Shown: positions 1 to 10,421, counted from the first letter of the stretch. The stretch is DNA of 64,000 nt from an uncultured Parachlamydiaceae bacterium (GCA_963780445.1 CAWACC010000008.1:12523-76522); one strand, 5' to 3'. The notes: generated from the letters alone by a model not told the origin. Translations and numbers: made by a program.

Positions 1-147
1 TTTAACGGGAATGGGGTCCAAAGGTCTGCTCTATCACGCTTTGTATGCCCAAAAACTTGCGAAAGAAATTTTAAATTTTATAACACTTAATTCTTGACTT
101 TGCCCCTGTCTGCCTGTATAATTAAGTGTTCATAATAGAGGTATTCA

Positions 148-1512
148 ATGGATATAATTCTTAAAGAGCTAGCCAAATCATTCAATGAATATTTTACTGT
201 TCTTGTTGTATTTCCTACCATCGCCTGTTTTGGAATTTATTTAACATACAAGCTGAAATGCATGCAGATTTCAAAAATGAAATTGGGCTTCCAATCGCTT
301 TTTCAGAAGAACACCGGAGGCGAAGGGCAAATCAGCTATTATGAAGCCATCGCCGCCGTCTTGGCCGGCAACTTCGGAACAGGAAACATCTCCGGCATGG
401 CCGTGGCCATGGCCACCGGAGGTCCCGGAGCCCTCGTCTGGATGTGGATAACCGCCTTTCTCGGATCTATCATTCAATACGCCAGCTGCCTCCTCTCCGT
501 CAAATACCGAAAACTGAATGCAGAAAATGAATACATTGGCGGCCCCATGTGCTACCTCCACGAAGGATTAGGATTTAAAACCTTGGCTGCCATCTTTGCC
601 ATCTTCACTGTATGCGGCGCCCTCACCGTAGGAAACTTAGCTCAGGTCAACTCCATCACCCTACCCCTCCAGTCGCTCGGCATGCCGCCCCTCCTGTGCG
701 GAGTGATCATTGCTGTCGTCGTGGCTTCAGTGACCTTGGGAGGAATCCGAAGAGTCGCTAAATTCGCCTCTATATTTGTGCCCTTTAAGGCATCCCTATA
801 TCTCGGCACAGCTTTAACTATTCTTCTCATCAACTATGAAAACATCCTACCAGCCCTATATCTCATGTTTGATTCTGCTTTTAACTTTACCTCCCTAGCC
901 GGCGGCGTCATGGGTTATAGTGTCGTCAAAACCATTACCACCGGATTGGACCGAGGGATCTTTGCCACCGATGCCGGCACCGGACTGGTGCCTATTTTGC
1001 AAGCCAATGCCAAAACCAAAAACCCTGTGATGGACGGCATCATTACTTTGGTCGCCCCTTTTCTCGTGATGATCGTTTGTACGACAACTGGGCTAGTACT
1101 CTTGGTCACCGGCGCCTGGCAGCATCCTGAGCTTAAAAGCACCAATATGGTCTCTTATGCCTTTGAGACTGGTTTGGGCACTGTTTTCGGCAAGTATATC
1201 GTGATTGTTTCGCTTGTTTTATTCGCCTATACCACCATTTTGGCCTGGGGATGCTGCGGAGAAAAAGCCGTCAGCTTTTTAGCCGGATCCAAAGCCGGGC
1301 GAATATTTCAGTTGGTTTATGTAGCTGCTATTCCCATTGGAGCCCTTGTCCATGTCGACTGGGTGTGGTTGCTGGCTGATATATCTATTTCGTTTATGCT
1401 GTTGACCAACCTCATCGGAGTGATAGGACTTTCCCACGAGGTCATTAAAGACAGCCACGAATACTTCCCTCCCAAAAAAGAACTTAAGGAAAAGGCAAGC
1501 CCGATCCAATAA
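148..1512 (+). CDS. Alanine/glycine:cation symporter (AGCS family) transporter
   Basis: 454-aa multi-TM ORF. The segment GNFGTGNISGMAVAMATGGPGALVWMW matches the conserved AGCS (Na+/alanine symporter) region. A purine-rich SD-like sequence lies before the ATG. Confidence 0.85.
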   Translation: MDIILKELAKSFNEYFTVLVVFPTIACFGIYLTYKLKCMQISKMKLGFQSLFQKNTGGEGQISYYEAIAAVLAGNFGTGNISGMAVAMATGGPGALVWMWITAFLGSIIQYASCLLSVKYRKLNAENEYIGGPMCYLHEGLGFKTLAAIFAIFTVCGALTVGNLAQVNSITLPLQSLGMPPLLCGVIIAVVVASVTLGGIRRVAKFASIFVPFKASLYLGTALTILLINYENILPALYLMFDSAFNFTSLAGGVMGYSVVKTITTGLDRGIFATDAGTGLVPILQANAKTKNPVMDGIITLVAPFLVMIVCTTTGLVLLVTGAWQHPELKSTNMVSYAFETGLGTVFGKYIVIVSLVLFAYTTILAWGCCGEKAVSFLAGSKAGRIFQLVYVAAIPIGALVHVDWVWLLADISISFMLLTNLIGVIGLSHEVIKDSHEYFPPKKELKEKASPIQ

Positions 1513-1640
1513 AATATTTCTATTTCTAGGAAATAATTTTTCCAAAACACTTTTTTACCATAACTTAATAAACACTTAATAATATATTTAATATTATTAT
1601 TTATAATAATATTAAGATTAATTAATATGTAGGTTTAAAA

Positions 1641-3095
1641 ATGAATATAATTAATAATACAACTCAATATAGCCGTGATTTTGTTTGGCAAAAATTTAAA
1701 AATAAAAACTATCCAACTGCAGCTGCGAGAGAGTTAGAGGATTTGAAAAAACAGGCCGACAAAATGGCGGATTATATTCTTTCGGGAGGGATCCCTGCTT
1801 CCAAGCTGGATGAAACTTATAAAGCTTGGATGGCTAAAAAAGGGCTAAACAAACTCACGGATGTTGAAAAGCACGCCAGAGTTTTTGCATTATCCCTTAA
1901 AGTTATACAGCAATTTAAAACCTTTAAAGGCGAATTGGGAATTTCCAAAAGTTCAATTTCAAAAAAAGAGAGGAAAAATGCCCCCTTTATTAAATTATTT
2001 GGGCCTGAAGCTAAGTTTGATGTATTGAAATCAGTAAATAGTAAGCTAGTTGAAATGATCCTTTTACGATCTTTAGGTAAAGGGGCGCATAATGCTGCTC
2101 ATTTGGTTTATGGCATCAATTATGGGGAAACTGTCCTAAGATCGTTGAAACCGGAAGTACTTGAAAACAAAGTTCTCGTAAAACGATGGGTTTCAGATAG
2201 CACAATACACCAAAAACTTCTTAATCTTAAAATCCCTGGCATTGTAGATATACGTGATATCTTTGTTATCGATGAAAAACATAAACCCATAAAACGATCC
2301 ATGTTGATGGAAAAGTGTGATGGGGATTTAAACAAAATTTGCGGTAAAATATCAAATCAACAGGCTAAGAAGATCATGAAACAAATTCTAACGACGATTA
2401 GCCAGATGCATGCCAACGGATTCGTCCATGGAGATTTAAAACCAGGTAATATCCTTTATGTGAATTCCCCGGAGGGTGTGATAACAAAGTTGGGAGATTT
2501 TGAGACCACAGAAAGGGCTTCCCAGGGTTGGAGTGGAACCAACACCCCTGCATATGTCACTCCCCAGGGTTGGTTAAATGAAAATATAGGAGCAGAGAAC
2601 ACGAAAAAACAAGATTGCTTTGCCTTAGGATTTATCGCTTTTCAATTAGAGAAGGGTGTAATTTTTTCGACAGTTGCCAGAGATTATCGCTCCCGCCTTC
2701 GAGAAAACCATGCTCTAAAAGATCTATTGAATCAATTTAAGCATCAGGAAATAAATCGTGATGAACTTCTCAGGAAATTAAGTGAACTCTATCCAAAGGT
2801 TCCTGAGTTTAATAAAATATTGGATGAAAAGACTCTTGAAATGCTTAATGAAAAGATTGACGATGAGAAATTTCTAGAGATTCTGAATAAATGTCGCAAA
2901 GGCATTATTCAGTTTGAATTTGAAAAACCGTGGGAACAAAGCTTTAAAAATCTTCTGAATAATTTGCTAGTTCAGAACCCAAGTCCCTATCATAGATTAA
3001 TTGCCCAGCTTTTGAATCCAGATGCTAGCCAAAGGATCACAGCTCAAGAGGCATTAGCTAAATTGAACATGATAATAGAAGAAGATCTTTATTAA
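1641..3095 (+). CDS. Eukaryotic-like Ser/Thr protein kinase (candidate secreted effector)
   Basis: 484-aa ORF. Catalytic loop HGDLKPGNIL (HRDLKPxN-like); DFE in place of DFG (KLGDFETTE); glycine-rich GKGAHNAAHLV; downstream DCFALGF (subdomain IX-like). The gene and its upstream region are AT-rich. Confidence 0.75.
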   Translation: MNIINNTTQYSRDFVWQKFKNKNYPTAAARELEDLKKQADKMADYILSGGIPASKLDETYKAWMAKKGLNKLTDVEKHARVFALSLKVIQQFKTFKGELGISKSSISKKERKNAPFIKLFGPEAKFDVLKSVNSKLVEMILLRSLGKGAHNAAHLVYGINYGETVLRSLKPEVLENKVLVKRWVSDSTIHQKLLNLKIPGIVDIRDIFVIDEKHKPIKRSMLMEKCDGDLNKICGKISNQQAKKIMKQILTTISQMHANGFVHGDLKPGNILYVNSPEGVITKLGDFETTERASQGWSGTNTPAYVTPQGWLNENIGAENTKKQDCFALGFIAFQLEKGVIFSTVARDYRSRLRENHALKDLLNQFKHQEINRDELLRKLSELYPKVPEFNKILDEKTLEMLNEKIDDEKFLEILNKCRKGIIQFEFEKPWEQSFKNLLNNLLVQNPSPYHRLIAQLLNPDASQRITAQEALAKLNMIIEEDLY

Positions 3096-3107
3096 ACATC
3101 TAATTCA

Positions 3108-3135
3108 AGGCTGACTATGTTGCCACAATCAGCCT
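3108..3135. terminator. Candidate stem-loop between the convergent kinase and atpK genes
   Basis: AGGCTGA ... TCAGCCT forms a 7-bp stem with a 14-nt loop in the 63-bp convergent spacer. There is no clean U-tract, so the call is weak. Confidence 0.2.
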
Positions 3136-3158
3136 ACTCGGCGATAAATTTTTTCTGA

Positions 3159-3581
3159 TCACATTATCAAAATCGTGAAGACGAATACAAACAGCGAAAA
3201 GGACTCAATAATCCCCACAGCAGCAAAGCACTTACCAAAAAGAGAGGGCTGCTTTGCGGTTGCTTGAATACCCGTAGCGCAAACTTTCCCCTGATACATG
3301 GAGGAAAACAAAAGGCCAAAACCGGCGCAAATGCCAATAATGACTCCGGCCAAAGGAGACACGCTTCCGGCTTTGATGGCATTTTTCATCAATATGGTAA
3401 GTAATAATCCATAAATAGACTGAGATGAGGGCGCTGCAGAGAACAATATAAACTTGGCATGCCCTTCTTCTACTCTGCTCATAACGGCATGTGAAGCGGC
3501 GCCGGCTATGAAGCATCCTATACTGCTTCCGATGGCGCTGATTGCTAGGACCAGTGCAGGTCCAGCCATATCAAAATTCAT
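3159..3581 (-). CDS. atpK: V-type ATPase proteolipid subunit K
   Basis: 140-aa hydrophobic, Gly/Ala-rich four-helix ORF with a conserved Glu in the last helix (GIIESFSLF). It is the last gene of the V-ATPase operon. Confidence 0.85.
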   Translation of the reverse strand: MNFDMAGPALVLAISAIGSSIGCFIAGAASHAVMSRVEEGHAKFILFSAAPSSQSIYGLLLTILMKNAIKAGSVSPLAGVIIGICAGFGLLFSSMYQGKVCATGIQATAKQPSLFGKCFAAVGIIESFSLFVFVFTILIM

Positions 3582-3596
3582 AACTTTAACTCCTGT

Positions 3597-5522
3597 TTAT
3601 TCTGCTTTTTCAATTTTTAACTTTCGTAAAGGATCAAATGGCTTGCCCCCTCCCTCGAAACTATAGTGATACCACTCGAGGAAATTAAGACGCAAGCCAT
3701 GTATAGTTCCACCCATGATGCATAACAGCATATTGACTCCATGTCCTGCGATTATAATGGGAAGGGCCAGGGCAAAATTCAATCCTGCGGCCAGATCATT
3801 GGTTGTAGCGGCCAACATAGCTCCGGACAGGCCCAATGCATACAGACGCAAATACGACATCGCATCGGCAAAGAGCTGTCCAATATGCATAGGCTCCAAA
3901 AGTCCCGACCATTTATGCTGAAAGATGGCGATGACTGTGGCCAATCCGGCTCCAATGTAAATCATATACAAACCCGTTTCGGGAGCAGTTTCCTTATTCA
4001 CTCCAAAAATAAAATGTATCAAGGAGGTGGCATGCAGGTAATAAGGGATATAAAGATACGCTCCTATGATGAATATAATCCACCCAATGGAGCTTTTATT
4101 CCGGTTTATATAACGCAGCATGGACAGGATGATATGGACAACTCCAATAAAGATGGCCATTTCTAACAAAATATTATCTGCAAATCGGTTATACAACGTA
4201 TACTCTTTTTTGCCATGGACATCTTCAACCGCTGTTTTTAAGAACACGTCCGGATCTTTAACATTAGCCAGAGCAGGAAATTTATGTACCCATTCCTTCC
4301 AGTCTTCATCGTGATGTTGAATAATATACTCGACTTTTTTCTCTACCATCCATTGCATGAGGGAGATTTTCCTTAGAGGATTGTCCATGCCCACCGTTAT
4401 TCCGAAAAAGGAGGTAGTTAGAATGCCCCAAACAAAAACCGCCCCTGCCAAAACAGTCAGTAAATTCAATACTCGCCACCCCGTCTTAGTAAAGGAAAAC
4501 CTGTACCTGGCATACAAAGCCGCAGCCAAAAAAATCAGCCCATATCCCGCATCACCTACAATAAAGGCAAAAAAGAAGGAAAAAAATACGAGCACCCATA
4601 AAGAAGGGTCTTTATCAGTATGAGAAGGCGTATCGTAAATATTCACAAGATCTTCACCTAATCGGGCTGCTCCTTCATTTTCAAGATAGGTCGGTATGGT
4701 GTCATCGGGGCGAATGGCCACCTGTTCGACATGGACGTCCCCTTCTTTGATCAGCTTATGCAAATCTCCGAGTTTAGTCTGTGGGACCCATCCTTCGATA
4801 GCAAAAAGCTGCCCATCGAGGGCAGGCGTGGTCTGGGCATTTGCGTCGTGCAGATGGTAGGTATTGAGCTTATAGATCAGATGATGGTGAAGGAATTCGT
4901 TATATTTAGCGTAACCTTTAAGCCTCTGCTCAATGGAATGGATTTCTTCCGCAATTTCTTTAAGGCGTTTTGACAATTCACCGAGAGGCTTATGGATGAC
5001 TATTTCAGCCATTTTAGGGTAGGTTTTCGGTCCCGGATTCAACGCCATGAAGTAATCCAGCGAAATGTCAGATCCGACATAAACAATTTCAGGTGGAAGG
5101 GCCTGGAGGTTTATGGACCCGACTCTAGCGCAAAAAAACTGCATTTTTCTCTGAGTTTCTTTTTCAAGCTGCTGGCGCGATTCTGCTGAGAAATCCCCAA
5201 AGACTTCCATGCGGGCCATGTCTTGCTTGATGACTCTTTCCTCTTCATATAAGGCCTCTTCAGTTTTTTTTAGCTGAAGGATTTTCAACACTAGCCCGTC
5301 AGCCAGCGCATATTCTTCGATCTCTTCCTGTTCTATGGGGGGGAGGCCTTTGACAATTTTAATAGCTTTCAGCAGATCCTGCAATTCTTCGGGTACGTGG
5401 CCTACTTTTGCGGGCTTTGTCTTGATGAAATGGATGATCCCATGATCCTGGGCTTTTTGAAAAAAATCTTCCCTTTCCCCTTCAAACCCTACAAAAAGAT
5501 ATTTGTTTACATCATATCGCAT
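3597..5522 (-). CDS. atpI: V-type ATPase subunit I (membrane stator/a-subunit)
   Basis: 641 aa with a soluble coiled N-terminal half and a multi-TM C-terminal half. It sits between atpD and atpK, as in chlamydial V-ATPase operons. Confidence 0.85.
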   Translation of the reverse strand: MRYDVNKYLFVGFEGEREDFFQKAQDHGIIHFIKTKPAKVGHVPEELQDLLKAIKIVKGLPPIEQEEIEEYALADGLVLKILQLKKTEEALYEEERVIKQDMARMEVFGDFSAESRQQLEKETQRKMQFFCARVGSINLQALPPEIVYVGSDISLDYFMALNPGPKTYPKMAEIVIHKPLGELSKRLKEIAEEIHSIEQRLKGYAKYNEFLHHHLIYKLNTYHLHDANAQTTPALDGQLFAIEGWVPQTKLGDLHKLIKEGDVHVEQVAIRPDDTIPTYLENEGAARLGEDLVNIYDTPSHTDKDPSLWVLVFFSFFFAFIVGDAGYGLIFLAAALYARYRFSFTKTGWRVLNLLTVLAGAVFVWGILTTSFFGITVGMDNPLRKISLMQWMVEKKVEYIIQHHDEDWKEWVHKFPALANVKDPDVFLKTAVEDVHGKKEYTLYNRFADNILLEMAIFIGVVHIILSMLRYINRNKSSIGWIIFIIGAYLYIPYYLHATSLIHFIFGVNKETAPETGLYMIYIGAGLATVIAIFQHKWSGLLEPMHIGQLFADAMSYLRLYALGLSGAMLAATTNDLAAGLNFALALPIIIAGHGVNMLLCIMGGTIHGLRLNFLEWYHYSFEGGGKPFDPLRKLKIEKAE

Positions 5523-5524
5523 AA

Positions 5525-6142
5525 TTATTTCTTTGCTTGTGCCAGCCTTTCCTCAATTTTATGTTTCGCCACTTTCGCCTGTGAAACTGCGGCCAGCTGC
5601 ATATCGCCTAGGAACACTTTGATCTTTTTTATGTTGGACAGGGCCCTTGGGATCAAAATTTTTTCAAAGAGGTTGACCCGGATCGACACTTGCCTGAACT
5701 CGTATTCCAAGGCCCGTTTTTTTTCTTCGGCTATTTGCACTTTTATCCAAGCCGTGGCCACTCTTCTTAAACCGGCGACGACGCCATCCACCCAAAAGGG
5801 GGAATCCATTAGAGGATACGAGTACTCGGCAAAAGTAATGCCCTTAAAAGAGGGAGCTTCCACACCGGCTATATTTTCGTATTCTTTTTTCAGTTCTAGA
5901 ACTTTAGTTGCAGCTTGAGGGTCTATAGTTACGGTTTCGGTAAGAAAAAGAGCATATTCATCCACCTGTTCCTTTTCTTTGCGATATTCCTCCTGTGCCC
6001 TGGCTATTTCCTGCCGGGCTTCCTGCACGACGACTTGAAGCATGGCTTTTTTAAGCTGCAGCGTAGGCAAATACTTCAGCAGCTGGGACAACCGGTTTTG
6101 CTGGTCTCGCAGCTCAGTCTTTGTCATCTTCACTTCAGCCAT
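5525..6142 (-). CDS. atpD: V-type ATPase subunit D
   Basis: Coiled-coil-rich protein of about 205 aa. I moved the start to the ATG at 6142 (MAEVKMTKTEL), which has AAGGA upstream and lies 9 nt after the atpB stop. The track ORF begins at a TTG at 6163. Confidence 0.85.
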   Translation of the reverse strand: MAEVKMTKTELRDQQNRLSQLLKYLPTLQLKKAMLQVVVQEARQEIARAQEEYRKEKEQVDEYALFLTETVTIDPQAATKVLELKKEYENIAGVEAPSFKGITFAEYSYPLMDSPFWVDGVVAGLRRVATAWIKVQIAEEKKRALEYEFRQVSIRVNLFEKILIPRALSNIKKIKVFLGDMQLAAVSQAKVAKHKIEERLAQAKK

Positions 6143-6150
6143 AACAATCC

Positions 6151-7449
6151 TTATCCCGGCCAATACTTGTCGATCAGTATCTTCTTGATTCCGGTCTCTT
6201 CAGGTTTGAAACACTCTTTTAGGGTCTTCCATCCGAGGTTCAAGGCCTCTTCAAGAGGCAGGTTCACTTGCAGGTTCATCATGCGGTCCTCAAACAAATG
6301 GGAATAATGTAGAAGCTGTTCATCCCACTTGGAAAGCTTAAAGCCCATGCTCTGCTTTTCCCTTGCCTTCTTGGATTCCGCATACAGCCGGATCATTCCA
6401 TTGGCCAGATCTCCATGGTCCTCGCGGGTCACTTTGCCTATCACCAGCTGTTTCAAACGGGACAATGAACCAAAGGGTTCAATTCGGTCCTGATGAAGAT
6501 AGAACTGCCCTTCTGTAATATATCCGGTATTGTCGGGAATGGGATGGGTCACGTCATCCCCCGGCATCGTCGTCACCCCCACAATGGTGATGGATCCACT
6601 GCCGTCTATCAAAACAGCTTTTTCATAACGGGAGGCCAGGTCGGAATAGAGGGACCCCGGATAACCGCGGTTCGAGGGGACTTGGTCCATCGTAATGGCT
6701 ATTTCCTTGATGGCATCGGCAAAGGCAGTCATATCGGTCAACAAAACCAAAACGTTTTTGTTATTCACGGCAAATTTTTCCGCTACGGCCAAGGCCATGT
6801 CAGGGACCAATATACACTCCACAGCAGGGTCTGTGGCACGATGTATGAACATAATCGTCTTGTCCATCGAACCGGACTCCTCGGCGTTATCAATGAAAGC
6901 CTGATAGTCCTTGAATGTCAGGCCCATCCCGCCTATGATCACCACATCGGCATCGGTCTGGTTGGCAATCCGCATCAAAAGCTGGTTGTAAGGTTCGCCA
7001 GGCACGGAAAAAATGGGGATTTTCTGCGATCTCACCAAGCAGTTAAAAACGTCGATCATGGGGATATTCGTCTTGACCATTTCACGTGGAATGATCCGCT
7101 TCACTGGATTAAAGGAGGGCGTTCCAATATTTACCGGTTCCCCCACTATTTCAGGCCCGCCATCAATGGGTTTTCCGGTGCCGCTCAATCGCCTCCCCAG
7201 AAGGCTGTTGGAATAGGCGGCCTGCATCTCCCGCTTTAAAAAAGTAACTTTGTCATTCGTCGAAATGCCGCGGGTGCTCTGGAATACCTGCAGGGTGACC
7301 TGATCTCCGTCGATCCGCAGCACAGAGGCATAGACGCTCCGGCCATCCTGAAAGTCGATGCGCGCCAGCTCCCCCAGGCTAACCCCTACGGCGGTGACTT
7401 TAATGAGGTTGCCCCGCATTTCGTTGATTTTTTCATAAACCATTTTCAT
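6151..7449 (-). CDS. atpB: V-type ATPase subunit B (non-catalytic)
   Basis: 432 aa with an A/B-type ATPase fold (VPGEPYNQL..., [30 protein letters not shown]). Located in the operon. Confidence 0.9.
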   Translation of the reverse strand: MKMVYEKINEMRGNLIKVTAVGVSLGELARIDFQDGRSVYASVLRIDGDQVTLQVFQSTRGISTNDKVTFLKREMQAAYSNSLLGRRLSGTGKPIDGGPEIVGEPVNIGTPSFNPVKRIIPREMVKTNIPMIDVFNCLVRSQKIPIFSVPGEPYNQLLMRIANQTDADVVIIGGMGLTFKDYQAFIDNAEESGSMDKTIMFIHRATDPAVECILVPDMALAVAEKFAVNNKNVLVLLTDMTAFADAIKEIAITMDQVPSNRGYPGSLYSDLASRYEKAVLIDGSGSITIVGVTTMPGDDVTHPIPDNTGYITEGQFYLHQDRIEPFGSLSRLKQLVIGKVTREDHGDLANGMIRLYAESKKAREKQSMGFKLSKWDEQLLHYSHLFEDRMMNLQVNLPLEEALNLGWKTLKECFKPEETGIKKILIDKYWPG

Positions 7450-7465
7450 AAATAAAAAACCCTTT

Positions 7466-9253
7466 CTAAGAAACTTTGGCCATCATCTGTTCTATTTCCG
7501 CCCAGGCCTTCCGGTATTCCTCCCCTTCAAAGGCCATAAAGTTCATGTTTTTCAGCATGTTTTGCAGGCTCAAAAAATAGGACCTGGCTTCATCATGGTT
7601 GGAGAACTTGAAATGTTTGTCTAATATCTGGTGGATCAATCGAAATAGGGGGATCTGTCGTTTTAAAGGACAAAAAGCGTCTTCCTTGTCAAAAGCATTC
7701 TGCTGCAAGTAGCTGAAATCATACATCTCCGCTTTTAAATAGACAATCAAATCTTCCATGGAAGTCCCTTCTTCTCCCACGACTTCCATCCGTTTGCCGA
7801 TCTCATCCCCTTTCCTCAAAAATTCCGCGGCCTTGCGGACCATGCGGCCCCACCCTTCCACCTGTTTGTCCAGCTCCCTGCTGATGTCATCCACATATTT
7901 GGTCCACGATATCAGGGGGTTGATGGCGGGATAGCGGCGGGAATCGGAGCGCTCCCGGGATAATCCCAAAAAGGCGCCTACCACAGAAAGCGTAGCCTGC
8001 GTCACCGGCTCCTCAAAGTTGCCTCCGGCAGGCGAAACAGCTCCTCCAATGGTCACAGAGCCTTTATCGCCGTTGCGAAGCTCCAGCACGCCGGAGCGTT
8101 CATAAAACCCAGCTATACGGGATGCCAGGTAGGCGGGAAATGCTTCATCTCCAGGTATTTCCTCAAGGCGGCCGGACATCTCCCTCAAGGCCTGCGCCCA
8201 GCGGGAGGTGGAATCGGCCAGCAGGAGCACATCCAGCCCCATCTGGCGGTAATATTCGGCTATGGTCATGCCCATATAGATGGACGACTCCCTGGCAGCT
8301 ACAGGCATGGATGAAGTATTGCATATAATCACCGTGCGGGTCATCAAGGTCTCGCCGGTATTGGGATCGATCAGATGGGGGAACTCGCGCAAGACTTCCA
8401 CCACTTCGCCGGCGCGTTCTCCGCAGGCTGTCACGATGACGATATCGACATCGGAATACTTCGACAGATGGTGCTGAAGCACGGTTTTACCGGCTCCAAA
8501 AGGGCCTGGAGTACAGAAGGTGCCGCCTTTCATGATCGGAAACTGCGTATCGATAATCCGTTCACCCGTCACCATCATTTTGGTGGGCTTGACTTTCGTC
8601 CCTTGGAACAGGGCATTCTTGATGGGCCATTTTTGCGCCATCGTAAAGGAATACTCCACCCCAGCTTCATCTTTGGCTTTGGCTACAACAGTATCTACGG
8701 AGTAGGATCCGTGCTTGATTACCCAGGTCAGCTTGTACTGGCCAAAGAGGGTAAAGGGTACCATGATATGATGATGGAACCTCCCTTCCATGGTGGTCCC
8801 TAAAGTATCGCCTCGTTCGACTGCTTGTCCCACCTGAGCCTGCGGGATATAGTCCCACCGGTATTTCCGGTTAAGCGCATTGATGTAGATGCCTCGCGGT
8901 AGAAACAGGCCGGCCTGATGGGCCACTTCTTCCAAAGGATTTTGCAGGCCGTCAAAAATCGATGTCAGCAATCCGGGTCCGAGCTCTGCCTCGAGCAGTT
9001 CTCCGGTAAACTCCACCGGCGTCTGATATTCCACTCCTCGAGTATCCTCAAATACCTGGATCTTGGCTTCGTTTCCATTGATCTCTATCACCTCAGCCTT
9101 GAGCCGGATCCCATCCATGGATACCATGGCCACTTCGCCCTGCTTGATGTTACCCCTAAACTTCACCTGAAGCAAATTCCCAAAGGCTTTCTCAACATTC
9201 CCTTGGGCTCGGGCTTTTTGTTTCTCTTCTACAGCGGACTCGTTTTCACTCAT
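7466..9253 (-). CDS. atpA: V-type ATPase catalytic subunit A
   Basis: 595 aa with Walker [10 protein letters not shown] and typical A-subunit blocks ([26 protein letters not shown]). Confidence 0.93.
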   Translation of the reverse strand: MSENESAVEEKQKARAQGNVEKAFGNLLQVKFRGNIKQGEVAMVSMDGIRLKAEVIEINGNEAKIQVFEDTRGVEYQTPVEFTGELLEAELGPGLLTSIFDGLQNPLEEVAHQAGLFLPRGIYINALNRKYRWDYIPQAQVGQAVERGDTLGTTMEGRFHHHIMVPFTLFGQYKLTWVIKHGSYSVDTVVAKAKDEAGVEYSFTMAQKWPIKNALFQGTKVKPTKMMVTGERIIDTQFPIMKGGTFCTPGPFGAGKTVLQHHLSKYSDVDIVIVTACGERAGEVVEVLREFPHLIDPNTGETLMTRTVIICNTSSMPVAARESSIYMGMTIAEYYRQMGLDVLLLADSTSRWAQALREMSGRLEEIPGDEAFPAYLASRIAGFYERSGVLELRNGDKGSVTIGGAVSPAGGNFEEPVTQATLSVVGAFLGLSRERSDSRRYPAINPLISWTKYVDDISRELDKQVEGWGRMVRKAAEFLRKGDEIGKRMEVVGEEGTSMEDLIVYLKAEMYDFSYLQQNAFDKEDAFCPLKRQIPLFRLIHQILDKHFKFSNHDEARSYFLSLQNMLKNMNFMAFEGEEYRKAWAEIEQMMAKVS

Positions 9254-10035
9254 GATTTTTCCTTCACTACGTTTTCTAAAATGTTTAATCCTTTTTCCTT
9301 ATCAAGGCGCATAAAACGCTCAATCAATATAAACCGGGCCATATAACCCAAAATATGGTTTATTGAAAAATAGTCAAATTGCAATCTGTCTTCAATCCAA
9401 TTAAATACATATTCCATCACAGCTTTTTGTAATTTTAACGGTGAACTGTCGTATAGTTGAAGCACCGGCTTGAAATCTTCGAACCCTTCGGGCAGTTCAA
9501 ATTCTTTGGAGTCTTTATGCTCCAGCAGCTGGGCCACGATATCGTCTTCCGGATCTTCATACTCAAATTCCACTTCCAGGTCCCTGCCTAGACGGCGGGC
9601 CCGGTACGCGGTCATGATCAGGCGGATATTCCTTTCGAAGGCCCTGTAATCGCGCAAAAATCCGGTGTTTTGAGAAGCTTCCTCAGCAAAATAGGTGGAT
9701 ATCACTTTGGAAAAATGGCGCTGCCGCTCTTCCGGGCTGTCATATTCATTCAAATAGTCATATAAATAGCCGGGCAGCTCATTTCCCTCTCGCGTCAGCA
9801 ACGCGTCCTCTAACTGGTTCTCATTGAGGGTCCCCCAATAATCCAAAGGTTCCTTTTTCCAATACGCACGCACGTTCCTCAGATCATAAAACCAGCGCAT
9901 ACGCCGCATCTTGTCAAAGTCGGAGGGAGTCAAGTTCTCCTGCAGCAACTGATCAAACTCGTGGAAGGAAATCTCCGGCTTCTCATCCAAAACCAGCTTC
10001 GGAAGCACAATCGATAAATAATAATACTGTTTCAT
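9250..10035 (-). CDS. DUF2764-like protein conserved in chlamydial V-ATPase operons (positional equivalent of C. trachomatis CT309)
   Basis: 261-aa ORF whose stop overlaps the atpA start by 4 nt. It holds the same position (between atpE and atpA) as the conserved hypothetical gene of Chlamydia V-ATPase operons. The family assignment is from memory and was not searched. Confidence 0.6.
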   Translation of the reverse strand: MKQYYYLSIVLPKLVLDEKPEISFHEFDQLLQENLTPSDFDKMRRMRWFYDLRNVRAYWKKEPLDYWGTLNENQLEDALLTREGNELPGYLYDYLNEYDSPEERQRHFSKVISTYFAEEASQNTGFLRDYRAFERNIRLIMTAYRARRLGRDLEVEFEYEDPEDDIVAQLLEHKDSKEFELPEGFEDFKPVLQLYDSSPLKLQKAVMEYVFNWIEDRLQFDYFSINHILGYMARFILIERFMRLDKEKGLNILENVVKEKS

Positions 10036-10050
10036 ATATCTCTGTCCCTA

Positions 10051-10404
10051 TAATGGATCCACAGTCATTTCCCCTGCAGGGGAAAATATAATCCCAGTCA
10101 TTTCCCCGGCAGGGGAAAATATAATCCCAGTCATTTCCCCGGCAGGGGAAAACGTGAATAGCCCCGTGTGAAGCGAGCGTAAGCGAGCGGAACGCGGGGT
10201 TATTGCATAATAAATATTGCGCCCCGGTAGGGGCGCAAGAATCCTTCCTTTCATCCAAATATTGTTTTGTGTTTTGTGTTTCGTGCGCCCCTGCCGGGGC
10301 GCAATCTTTACTATGCTGCAAACCCCGTGTTCCGCTCGCTGACGCTCGCTTCACACGGGGCTATTCACGTTTTCCCCTGCCGGGGAAATGACTGTGGACC
10401 CATT
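10051..10404. repeat. Roughly 355-bp nested palindromic element inside the V-ATPase operon
   Basis: Left terminus TAATGGATCCACAGTCATTTCCCCTGCAGGGGAAAA pairs with right terminus TTTTCCCCTGCCGGGGAAATGACTGTGGACCCATTA. Inner arms 10152-10201 and 10321-10369 are reverse complements, as are 10202-10240 and 10281-10321. Each arm contains GC-rich mini-hairpins (TTCCCC-TGCA-GGGGAA; GCGCCCC-GGTA-GGGGCGC). Confidence 0.9.
10062..10153. repeat. Three tandem 33-bp units (CAGTCATTTCCCCNGCAGGGGAAAATATAATCC) in the left arm only
   Basis: Unit starts at 10062, 10095 and 10128 give an exact 33-bp period. The right arm carries a single copy. Confidence 0.9.
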
Positions 10405-10421
10405 AAAATTCTGTTTTATCA

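Noticed and set aside
3232-9346. Many plus- and minus-strand alternative-frame ORFs across the V-ATPase operon, such as 5397..5918, 6493..7239 and 8375..8803
   Set aside because: They overlap strongly supported atp genes in other frames or on the other strand and have low-complexity, non-protein-like translations.
10062-10153. Possible CRISPR array (regular 33-bp repeats), and likewise the 9-bp arrays of families B and C
   Set aside because: The units are directly abutting with no unique spacers. The unit length and palindromic context do not fit CRISPR, and no cas genes are present in the window.
9983-10391. ORFs 9983..10354, 10048..10254 and 10203..10391 with internally repeated peptides
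   Set aside because: They are produced by translating the 33-bp tandem repeats and palindrome arms. They have no start context or coding signature.
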